A stretch of DNA of 64,000 nucleotides from Oopsacas minuta (lineage: Eukaryota > Animalia > Porifera). The translations under genes and the position numbers were made by a program. The notes under the pieces are model-generated. The model saw nothing but the letters and a program-made list of their open reading frames with translations. It was not told the DNA's origin and made no database searches. The stretch is from the NCBI GenBank assembly GCA_024704765.1, contig JAKMXF010000342.1, forward strand, positions 1-64,000. Direction: 5' to 3'. This document shows, one piece after another, positions 52,862 through 64,000 of the stretch (positions are counted from its first letter, which is position 1; each line of letters begins with the position of its first letter).

Positions 52862-53012
52862 TGATTATCCAGTATGTCTACTTGAAATTCTGTGCATTAT
52901 ATAAATTTGTCACATGTGTGTCTCTGTCGCAATGAACTCTGCGATTGTGACAAGACACACAAGCAACAAATTAACATAATGTACAGAGTTCCAAGTAGAC
53001 AATGGATAATCA
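52862..53012. repeat. 151-bp imperfect palindrome
   Basis: ~70-bp arms TGATTATCCAGTATGTCTACTTG...TGTCGCAAT pair with ATTGTGACA...CAAGTAGACAATGGATAATCA around a ~10-nt loop. Confidence 0.85.
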
Positions 53013-55799
53013 TCCTAACGGGGTATATTATACCAATTGCCCATAATTAATAATTAATTGAGAATATAAATTAAGAGGTTTTTATGCCCAAATTATAAGA
53101 AAATAATTGACGTTGTTGTAGTATTAGTAATTCAATATTCAGCATTTGAAACGAAATCTCTAGCATCTTTTTAAATATTTCCAAAAGGCGTGAATACATG
53201 ATCTATCATATGACAAATTTGTGAATTTGTGATATCCATAATATCAGAATGTCAAAATCAGACCTAAGAGCTCAATTACCCTACAACATGCTGAAACCTA
53301 AGTTCTGGCATGTTTTTGAATTTTACATAAAAATGTTTCAATTCTCATGTGAATCGAACTAGATTTCGCAAGATCACGTGCCTGGACTTCATATATCGTC
53401 CTTGCCATTAGGGCATCTCCTCCACGAGACTCACTGGTTTTAGTTAACATCTATGCTCGATATTGAACTTCATTGAGCCGATGAATGTTTCAGCGCTGCT
53501 TAAATTATTTCTGAATAATTATCTTAATATTTCTCTTATCCGGGAAGTGCTGGATCGGAAGGTGCTCGGGGGTAGGGCGTTGCCCCGAAATGAGAATTAA
53601 CATTAACTCTATCGTAGATCCAATTAGTGTAAGATCAAGATGCATTTAAATTGACGAATCTGGATGTTAACGGTTTCTACTAAAGAAACGTGTTAGATAA
53701 GAAGTAAAATTTTGAAAGCTCTATTGTATTGAAAATATACTGAAAATGGTTAAATTATTTTAATTCCTTCTGGATAAATGTTGGGGAGATGCCCATCCTG
53801 GCCATATTTAAGCGGGGGTTGCAGCCCTAGGCCCAACACGTTGTCCTGTAAGCCCCTTACGAATCCTTAAGATTTGACTTTGGTTGGGAAAGAGGAACAC
53901 TGGATTTCATGTGATAGGTTCAAGTAGACCTATGTTAAATTCCCATCCCATTCAAGCTGCCTAAACTGCCAAGGATTTTGTGGATGTTCTTCAAAGTTCT
54001 CTGTATATGTCCGATTAATTATTGATTTAGCAAAATTTTAGGTTTCATGGTTAGGTTATTTTTAGGTAATCAATGCTTTATGTTTCTTCTCTAGACGACT
54101 ACGTTATCATACTAAATAACCTCGCGCCTAACTATGTATGCTTTCAAAAAGTAAATCTGCATTCCAACTGCAATTATTAAATGTATAGATTTTCAGCCAG
54201 ATAAGGACTAGAACCGGATATCCGTTACAGCTCCATACAAAGTTTTAAGCACAGTAGACTCCTCTTAATAGGATCACAACGGGATCAGGGAATTTTGACT
54301 CAACCAGCTGGAGTAATTAAACAATATTCGTATGGTTGTTTCTGGCGAAGTGACCCGATTAATTGGTGGCTCAATAAAGCAGAGTACAAAATACAGAATA
54401 AATGCAGGACTAGAGTTAATGCTATCCTAAAATATTTCACAACTCTCAGAACCTAAAGGAAGAAACGATCATTTTTCATCTAGTTCATTTCAATCTGAGC
54501 GCCACATGTTGTAATTAATTATGGGAAAGCCATGTCTAACTGGATAGTTACCCTAGTGTATATCAATAATAACCACCCCATTAGAGGAGATATTACTCTG
54601 GGAAATGTGTACGAGCCACCATGTACTCTTACTCGAAGTATTATCATTAGTAACAGTAGGATAATTACTATTAGGAGGAAATACATTGAAGTTTGTAGGC
54701 GAGTAGTAAATGATCCATGAGGGCTGCTATTTCGAGCAGGCGCTCTTTTCTAGACAATACAACGCGGGCAGAAGTGCTGGTGAGGGAGAATATTCATCTA
54801 GATGGGGGTTTGGGGGACGCTGTATTCTCAGTGGGGTCCAGTTGCGAAGCCCTGGGCGACAGGCCCTTTTACTACCACTTTCGTGCTCTCTACTATCAAG
54901 TAACTTCGAAACTCGAAATATTTTCTCTTAGTTCCATAAATCTCAGTTGAATTGTAAAGTTTTCTATTGACAATGTACATTCATTGCTTCATTCTCTACA
55001 ATAAGACTTGGTTATGATGTACTCGGTTTAAGAAGTGATTTCGGCTAGGCGATATCCTAACTATAGTAACCGAAATCTTTCCTATCTAATCCAAAATAAA
55101 GATTAACTGATTCGGTTAATACGTCGGTATAAACTTATTGCGAATAAGACTTACCTCTGTTAATAAGCACAAATTTTTGTTTCCAATGAATACAAGTATC
55201 GCTCTACTGTATGTGAATACGTCATATTTATTTACACAGGATAATACTCAAATATATTTGGTAGCTACGACAACGTTAACCGAAGGTAACGTAGTTTTGC
55301 TTTAAAATGAATGAACGTATCATATGATAATTGTTTCTTGTATTTGCTCATATTAGTTTATATACCCAACGTTAAAATAGCTCAGGCAACTTCGTTCAAA
55401 GATAAATCCAAGTCATATTATGGATATAAATCCTGATGGGGATGCATTCCCCACATCCCCTAGATTGGCTACTGAATATGAGACTTCGTCACGCAATGAT
55501 GTCATCTTGGAATGGAACATGTATTCTGATTTAAAGAAAGAGTAAATTAGTTGCAAATCATGGAATCTTGTAAATGGAGATGCACTCCACCTCTCCATGA
55601 AAATATCACCGTAGCCAGCGGCGCCGTGTAGTTTCGAAATCAGGGTACATAGATTCAATCTGACGGGGAATAAGTTCTAGATAAGGGCCTAAGGAACTGT
55701 AAAATGAGCAAGGTCCAGGAGCGAAACCAATTTCAAGAAATATGAGTTGGTTTGCAATCGGCCGAGAAAGATCTTCAGCATTAGGATCTTGCAGGTTCC

Positions 55800-55844
55800 T
55801 GCAGATTGGATCCGGATCCGGATTCAGTATCCGATGCATGCCTA
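55800..55844. repeat. hAT-like MITE end with GGATCC repeats (similar end at ~57915-57969)
   Basis: Both sites end in TGCATGCCTA preceded by tandem GGATCC/GATCCA motifs; partner ends not found. Confidence 0.35.
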
Positions 55845-56599
55845 ATGCCTACATAAGTATTTGAATGAATGACAAAGAATTTCTAATTCACCAAACCAAT
55901 GAATACGCTTCCAGCTTTGATAAATAACACTGATATACAAAATTGTAAAAATTTTTGATGATTAAATAAGAATAGCTGAATTGAAGAATTTGAAGGGATT
56001 GTTTATGAATGGGTTAAGTATATATTCACAACAGCTCTAGAATTTGTAATTTTCTGGTTGGAAGATTCCACCAATATGCGATTTAATATATGAAATTAAA
56101 CATACCTTTATGTTTATTACCCACTAAATCATACTAATATTAACTATCACTAGTGCACTATACTTCCTTGCGCTACGCGGATTCTAACACTTCGTGTCCG
56201 TACTCGGCCTTCGGCCCTCGCTTAGGACTATTCGTTTGTGTGATATTCGGAATCAGTGCACCCGATTACCCCACAATAACCGTTGAAACCACGTTTCTAG
56301 ATAATTTTGAAAGTTGCTTACTTTTGTTTACTTTATATTCATACAAACAACTTTAATTTGTATATGACAAATCCATAAGTGTGACTGGGATTCAGCATAT
56401 TCGCTAACCTTCAGTCAAATTTATGAAATTTGTATATTTTCCTGATTAACACCATAGATATATAGATACAAACATTTTTTCAAATACGAATTCCACATTC
56501 CATTTTAGCTTCCTTGGCAACGGACAAATGGACGACAGACAGACAAACAGATAGCAGCGACAATGATAGTATCTCAACTACTATCATTGTCACTGCAAA

Positions 56600-56971
56600 T
56601 GTCCAATATTTCCAATGGAACTGGCCTAATGGCGGACGGTACGTCTGGATATGCAATAGTGGATTTATTCTTTTTTGTGATACCATCAATTTTCGTCATA
56701 CAGAAATAACAATCCGAAAGAAGACACATTGGTTCTCTCCATATCATTGAAGCCGCAAACGGGATCATATTTCTCTTCCAGCATACCACAAGCGTCTTTC
56801 AGGCATTGTGTGGAGCCCACGGCTTATGTTGATTCCAAGATGGCACCCAAAATAAGCGAAATAACAGCGTTCTACAGCCTTTGTGATATTTTGTCGCTGG
56901 TTAGTTGCAGTATACCTCCCACAAATATAACAAAACTTTTCAGGAGAATTTTTACAAATCAGAGAAGCCAT
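56600..56971 (-). pseudogene. 5' fragment of a second Chapaev3-like transposase
   Basis: MASLICKNSPEKFCYICG...YFAYFGCHLG, then IPFAASMIWREP..SDCYFC..IAYPDVPSAIRPVP; same N-terminal Cys-rich domain as 40338-42014 but clearly divergent. Confidence 0.8.
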
Positions 56972-58857
56972 AAACAATAAAATGAACAAAATAAACTAAA
57001 TGTCAAGTGGAATAAAACAGATTATAACTACTATTAGAGGCAATTTAGATCATATAAGTAACAAAACCAAATAAATTGGATAAGGGTGATGTGTAGAATT
57101 GAATTTAGAAATATTTTTGACTATGTAGTCAATTAAAAGATTGACATAACTAAAATAGAAATTTCTTACTTTTAGTACCCTTGAGAATGAAAAATATAGA
57201 TAATAATTCCCAACATATATCTACAATATGCAAAAATAATAGAAAAAGAAGATCATCAAAAATGTTGCATATCTGTGTAATGAGTGTTGCACTAATACAT
57301 TACTCCCAATATATGATCTATATATGTAAAACGCATTGTTCTATATTTATACTTAAAGTTTATGACATATATTTGATTAATTAACTCGATATTTTATTGG
57401 CCAGTTCATAAAGAACAGAAATATACATAGTTACGTATTTATCCTGACATTTAATTATATTCCACTATAAGATAAACAGGATAGTTATTGTTTAGTATTC
57501 AATTAATAAACATAGCTACATGTTCAACAAACTGAAATTTGAAAAGGTTTGCACAATTTGAACTACAGATAAATTATGTGATTCAAATTCATATGTTAAT
57601 CTTAATTGGTAAACCGTCGAATCTTTATGTCAATACCTTTTGACACCTATCTCAGATAACTTTGAGATATCGCCAAGATCTTAGAAACTATTCCTAGATC
57701 TATCACATTTCCACAACATACCAAATTCCAAGTCTCAAGATCTTATCAGTTCCTCAATCAATTCCGAACAAAAAACACATCGGAAAATATATAATAGACA
57801 TGTATGTTTCAGCATATTAGTCAATATAATTACGATAAATTCAGAATTTCAGTTTTTGTAATGTAATTGGATACGTACTAAAGTCAGGTAATTGGTGCAC
57901 GGGTTCAAGAATTTGTGGATCCGGTAGGACCCAGATCCAGATCCAGATCCAGGATCTGGTGCATGCCTAGGCTAGAGAAATGAAATTGGCAATGTCTATG
58001 AAATGCGATAAATTTAGGAAGTAATTTTCCTTTTTCCACTATGCATAATTTTAGTAGTACGCTCAGTAAAACAATATATTAATAATTATATAAAAATTCG
58101 CAACATAATCCATCTTCTAAGGGTATGACTTTGATTTCCATAATTCTTAGAGGTTTCCAACAAGTTAGATAAATATTTTAAGCCAAGTAATCATTCTGTG
58201 TGTAGACAATTGCAAAAAGGTTTAAATAGTAACTGCAAGTTAAAATACGTAGTATTAAACTCAAGATTTCGAATGTGGTCTATGAATAGACTTTAACAAT
58301 GCAGAGCAAAAATCCATAATTCGTGGATGTTCGCCGATTGTGTGTTGATATATCTCGACGCTTTGGGGTGCATAACTAATGACACCAATCGATCGGACTG
58401 CCTCTAAAGCTTCAAATAAGAGTATTTGAATCATAATCTTGAAGAAAAAATTAAAAAGACTGTTACCAACAGATCGAAACATGAATGACAATTTTGCAAA
58501 TATGGCTTTGGGTTGCATCCACTACTTGGATGAAAAGGTTTTCATGGCGTTAACGGTATATTTCAGTTTATTCCTAAGCTAGTTAGTCAGAAAGAATCAT
58601 TGAACAATCATGACCAATGTATCTGCCAAAATGATCAAAAATTACAGATTAAAAAGGACATTCATCAAGAAGAAATTCTAATTACATAATCCACAAAGCC
58701 ATAGAAATAAGGCTGTTATTTGAAAACTGTAAAAGGTAATTAAATGAAATATTCCATATAACCAAACTAAGAGCATTCGATATTAATGAATTCGCAATTA
58801 TTACAATAAAATACTTGGTCCTTCTCAAACATTAAAACTATTCGAGTTCCCCTAGCA

Positions 58858-59140
58858 CAGGGGTGTGCAAACTACGGCCCACCTGGCTTAAGTTATTCGA
58901 GTCCTCTAATTATGTGATCATCCTCACTCTTCCTTACACATTCAGAAATTTCATCAAACAATATTATGCTTTCTTTAAACAATACTAGTTAAATATTATA
59001 TATAATTATTGTGTATATTACAATAGCTGATAGAGTTTCTCCATAAATTAGAACATGGAACTTAGTCATAGGCCATTAGTGCCAGCATAAAATTTGGAAT
59101 AAGAATGCGGTCCGAGCTGAAAAAAGTTTGCCCATCCCTG
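58858..59140 (+). mobile_element. Complete Buster-type hAT MITE, 283 bp
   Basis: TIRs CAGGGGTGTGCAAACT / AGTTTGCCCATCCCTG; perfect 8-bp TSD CCCTAGCA with central TA. Confidence 0.92.
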
Positions 59141-60483
59141 CCCTAGCATAACCATTAGAAAATTTGTTGATGAAAAACAAATATACATGATAGAAGTTTC
59201 AAATTAGAATCACAGGACACCTCAATATTTCAAATATCCTGAAGTCGCGACTTGGCAATAGCAAACCCATCATGAGATCACTACGTCATCGTGAATATAC
59301 AAAAATCAAAACTCCCGGATTTCGAATTTCAGAAAATTTCATAATTCTCTAAACACAAGGTGCCAAGATTAGTAACCAAAAATCTACGTATCACCTCCAG
59401 TATTACCGCTGAAATAGAAAGTGGATTTAGTGCATAAAGGACCATCTTTATTGGCTCTGAATATTTGGTTAGGTTAACCTGAACAAGGACTACTAGGATA
59501 CAAGAACGCGGCTAAGCCAAAGTCATATATTGAGCACGTTTTTTGACGATCTTATAATTAGAATGGATCTAGCATCCTTTCATGGATTTAAAGTGACATG
59601 TAATTGTTTCGAAAAAATTGAAACGTTGATGAAATTTTGACACAATCCTCCGTTGCTACGCAAATGTAAATTCTAACAATTACCGATGAATATTGATGAT
59701 AGAGGCCAACATTTGATACTAATTTGTACGCAATATGCGATTTCCTATTCATGAATAATATATAGTTTTGATCCCTACCTCAAACGGTTGATATTTTATG
59801 AAGAAAACCACAATATATGGTCGATCCCGATAAGTGACATCATAAGTTTTTAACTGTGAGAGTAGGAATCAAAAATACATAATTCATGAAAAGGAAGTCG
59901 CCTATTGGGGATACATTAGTATAAAATGTAGAACTCTATCATCAATATATTTAGGGCTAGAATCTGGATAAATAAATTTGCATAGAAACGAAGGAATGTG
60001 TCAAAATTCCAGATTTTTTAGAAACAGTTACATGTAACTAAATCAATCAAAAAATGGAACAGACATCCGTAAATGGGCACGAAATATGGCCAAATCGCAC
60101 AAAAAAGGCTATTATGGATCAAATGAAGACAAATCAAAAGAACTAAGTAATTTATCTGTTTAAAATAATTAATCCAACCTGAGGGACTAAGCTGTAGCGA
60201 GCGGCCTAGCATGCGAAGCGGGTAGTTGTGAATAAGTTGAACAGTACATGTGCTAGGCCCCCACGATAATATTAGATTGACATATGTACATAATCCATGT
60301 CATCCATGATTAAAAAGGAAATTGTAAGTAGCAGTTTGGTTAGTAAGCATAAGGAGTTGATCTTACATAGTGCCGACTACTATGTAGTGGGACAGTATCG
60401 AAATTGTTCACTATATTTGGTTCTTGACGTTACTCAGCCAAACGACGGGAAATTATTAGCTAAAAATTTCGCTAAATATTGTA

Positions 60484-61817
60484 CTAGGGCGTTCAATAAG
60501 TCTTGCGGGTGATATCATAGAATATGATACAAACACTATACACACTAATTCACTATATTATTTATTCAAAGTAATCCCCTCCTGCGGGTACACAAAGTTT
60601 TAACCTTTCCACCCACTTGTAAAACACATTTCTGTGCTCTTCTTCGGGGATGGATTTGAAGTACTGGTACAGGCCCGTTCTGAGTGCTTGTAATGTGTTA
60701 AAATCTTTGCCTTGAAGGCAGATTTTAAGCTTGGGGAATAGCCAAAAATCACACGGAGCTAGGTCTGGTGAGCATGGTGGATGGGGAAGTAATACTAACC
60801 CTTCTACATACAAGAAATTTTTGGTAAGCTTAGCTGTATGGAACTGGCATTATCAATTAAAATCTTCATTCCTCGAGTTCCGGTTTTCGGGCGTTACTTT
60901 TCTATATTTTTTATCAAATTTGGAAGCACTTGCTCTGTAAAGAAAGTAGTAGTAACAGCCTTGCCACCCTCACAAGGTAATTGCAAGACAATTCCATGAC
61001 TACTGAAGAAGATGGTATTCATAATCTTAGGTTTCTGAAGTCGGGCCTAGGAGCTTTCGCCGGTTGTTCGTCGCCCCTCACCCATGATCGCTTCTTATAC
61101 TTGCTATATGGTGTTGAATAGTACACCCACGTCTCGTCACCAGTAATAATCTCTGTTAGGCGTCTAAATTCGCAGTTTTCATAAGTTTCCAAGAGTTTCT
61201 TGGCAATATTCAGTCGTGCCAACCTTTGATTCTCACTGAGCTTGTGCGGGACCCATTTCACACAAATCGATCGGTAGCCAAGCTCAGTCATCAGAATTGT
61301 ATGAATTTGCTCCCGATGAAATCTCCATACTTTGTTCCAACTGATTGACAGTAATGCACTTGTCTTCCATGACCATACTTTCAATGTGTGCTATATTCTC
61401 TGAAGTGGTGGCGGATACCGGTCTTCCAGATCGATGCAAATCTGTGACATCAGCATCACCAGATCAAAAACGGGCAGCCCATCGCCCTACAGTAGATCTG
61501 GAAAGGCAATCCACGCACAATATCTCCTGTAACTCGCTGAAGATGTGGACGGGCTGGATCTTGAGTATTGTGCAAAACTCTATGTAAGCTCGCCATTTGA
61601 GGTTGAAATTATCATCCTTTGAAGCCATAAATTCAACAGTGGGTATAAATTGACTATACGTACCTATGCCAAAAACTCATAATTTGTATCGAATATGCTT
61701 GAAACTTTCAGTATATGGAGTTTAACTATATGGGCTTATAATATATGAAAGTTAGATATATTACTTGACTAATTCCTAAGAGATTTCATGACCCGCAAGA
61801 CTTATTGAACGCCCTGA
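60484..61817 (-). mobile_element. Full-length decayed mariner (DD34D), ~1334 bp
   Basis: 25-bp perfect TIR core AGGGCGTTCAATAAGTCTTGCGGGT (60486-60510 / 61791-61815), TA flanks. Fragments RSGRP, KWVPHKLSE, ITGDETWVYY, LIDNASSHTA, HPPCSPDLAPCDFWLFPKLK. Confidence 0.92.
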
Positions 61818-63369
61818 TAACTCTTATCTCAAACTAAGCAAATACTCAACTACTCTTAAAAGCTAATAGAAAATAATATTCTGTTTATATATTGCCCATT
61901 TGTTTTACTATAAAATTGTCATATTAGTATACGATTACGACTACTCTCGATTCTAGGTTGTTGTCTTAAAATTTCTGCAGAAATAACATGAAAATAATTA
62001 CAAGTTGAATAATTTTACAATCAATAGGATAGATGCAGTGGTGTAGGTATGGTGGTTTGCATCATCTGAATTTGTTCTTACTAATGTAGGCTGAAAATAT
62101 AGCTCTCATCAAGGAGGTTCTAACGGAAATATATACAGCTTGCAAACCGAACCTAAATAAGTGCAAGACTAGATGACTAACCCAACTTTGCCCAGAGGTA
62201 CCGAAAGCAAAGAGTCGCACATACACGAGTCCAAGAATCGTGCGAGGCTTGAGGCTAAATACGAATACCACCGAAATGTAATTCAATGTATCATTCATGT
62301 GTCTATCATGTTTAATCTAACTAGTAACTACAAGAATATTCAAAGCTCTCCTAGAAAGATCAAAACATTTTAGGCTAAGACAAATTTCAAAAATGTTCGG
62401 AATTTTGGAAATATTTTCAGAAATACAAATTGATATTCAAGAAAACAATAAGATTGAATGAGTTGAAATTAGTAGGATCCGTACTATAAGATGGCAGCGT
62501 GCAAAGATTGAAAACAATCGAAGATGTTTTGATCAATAATTGCACTGATGATATTTTGGGAAGTAAAAAAAGGTTGTAACTGTGCATTGTGACTTAGAAA
62601 ATTATATAAAACCAAGTCTATTTCATTTAAGGTGGTTTAATACCCCACTAAAAACCAAAATTTAATAGTAAATGCAATAAATATTTTTTGCCAAGTATTT
62701 AATTATGGTACTAACAGGAATAAAATTTCAAAAGCCAACCAGGAGTGTTGCTTCCCGCTAAATACCGTACCCCAGCAACAGCATGTGAATTGCAAATCTA
62801 TAATAAATATTCAACAAGTAGAAAATGGTCAATAATGTTGTATATTGTACAAAAGTACGCGAACGTTCTAGGCTAGCGGAATAGTAAAGAAGTGTTAATC
62901 CAGGATTACTTCGTTGGAGATGTAACATGGAAATGGGTTTTTGCAAGTTGCGTCCAAACCAGTCAATGGAAATTAAACAGAATCGTTTAAGTTTAGTCGT
63001 AGAAATATGCCTCACACCAGAGACTCGCTTCTGCCTTAACAGGAATTCTTGCTCCCGCTAAGTTATTCGGATCGAACAAATCCAACTAACGTAATCACAT
63101 CAGATAAAAGGTAATCCACTGATATCATGGAGACAAATATGTTTCGGTTGCTGTATTAAGAGTTAATAAGAAATAGATGCCCGAATTTTCAAGAGGCCAG
63201 GATCCTGAAAATATATGAACAATATACTGTGATTATTTTTCCAATATTTCCATCATAACCACCATTTATACACAATTTTATTGTATTTGGCATCCTGAAA
63301 TGTAATTCTCTCAGACTCAGCTGGAACCAAGCAAGTTTTAGAAAATTTCAAGCATCGAAAAGAGAGTGC

Positions 63370-63620
63370 GATAAACGCCAATGGATTTATACGATATATA
63401 TTCTATCGGATTCAGATCTGCAGAGTTACCTGGCTATGTACTCTTTGCATGGAAACAACTAATTTGATTAAAGCATCACTGTTGAGATACTCTTGGTGAT
63501 CTGACAGTGTGTGTGGGGGCACTGTCCATCTTAAAAGTAGCTAGTGAAATGTCTAGTAGAATCTTTCGAGTCAAAATATTACAATCTTCTGGCTTAAATA
63601 TGCTTCCAGGGCACTATAAT
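63370..63620 (-). pseudogene. Tc1-like transposase catalytic fragment
   Basis: Minus strand reads FKMDSAPTHT...*PGNSADLNPIE (cf. FQQDGAPAH...WPGNSPDLNPIE). Confidence 0.55.
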
Positions 63621-64000
63621 ATGGTGTAAATATAAAATAAATAGCTAGAAAGTACCTAAAATAGTCTTGTAAAAAACTTTGAGAAAGAAACAGAAGCAGC
63701 AAGTAATAATATATGTAAACTAAGGTCATTTTCACAAGCCACTAAATTCAAAAAATAGAAAAATATTCAAAATTGCTCGGCCTAGCTAGAACGACAGTAA
63801 CTATGACAACTCAATAACAAATTTACAATGATTATTCTATAGCCATATTATGGTAAAAAGTAAGAAAAGATAAGTAGATAATATATGAAAATAATAAAGT
63901 ATTCCACATTATACAGAACATATTGGAGCGATAACACTGAGGCCAAAAGATACATTCCACAGGTGCTATCAGCTATCGGATTGCGAAAATTACATCAGTT

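Noticed and set aside
56160-56230. GC-rich CTCGGCCTTCGGCCCTCG hairpin-like motif (and GGCCTAGCA/TGCTAGGCC at ~60204-60259) as ncRNA or terminator
   Set aside because: Stems are short or imperfect, and such motifs are common in non-autonomous repeats; no RNA-family features.
3210-63015. Most remaining 60-120 aa ORFs in the supplied track
   Set aside because: They are antisense or off-frame shadows of transposase relics, or chance ORFs in AT-rich DNA without motifs.
62866-63794. CGTTCTAGGCTAG / CTAGCTAGAACG as TIRs of a ~930-bp element
   Set aside because: Match is about 12 bp and imperfect, with no TSD.
1-64000. CRISPR arrays, rRNA, tRNA, snRNA, telomeric repeats, prokaryotic operons
   Set aside because: No regularly spaced direct repeats, RNA-gene signature motifs or bacterial-type gene density seen by eye; tRNAscan-SE and Infernal would be needed to exclude divergent RNA genes.

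Overview
AT-rich eukaryotic (most likely invertebrate animal) genomic DNA made up almost entirely of transposable elements and their relics. No rRNA, tRNA, CRISPR array or prokaryotic gene was seen. Tc1/mariner-superfamily elements with traceable ends: one fully intact DD37D/maT copy (2919-4220), a second DD37D copy with a single nonsense codon (9760-11072), two DD34D mariners, one DD41D/rosa, one DD37E-like element and a decayed Tc1. Other DNA transposons: three hAT transposase relics of different clades, hAT MITEs, a MULE relic, two Chapaev3-like copies and a Ginger-like non-autonomous element. Several LINE relics are also present. Three nested insertions can be reconstructed at base level: DD37D into MULE, Buster hAT into a LINE endonuclease, and Chapaev3 into DD37E. 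The only convincing host coding sequence is one ESRP/Fusilli-like RRM exon (45729-45955, minus strand) with intact splice sites. Structure not explained by these features: an old inverted duplication whose inner ~650 bp is far more similar than its outer arms, a ~2.4-kb run of frame-broken ORFs of unknown origin, and several palindromic elements. I could not support a wholly new biological system. All family calls rest on motif recognition by eye, not database searches.
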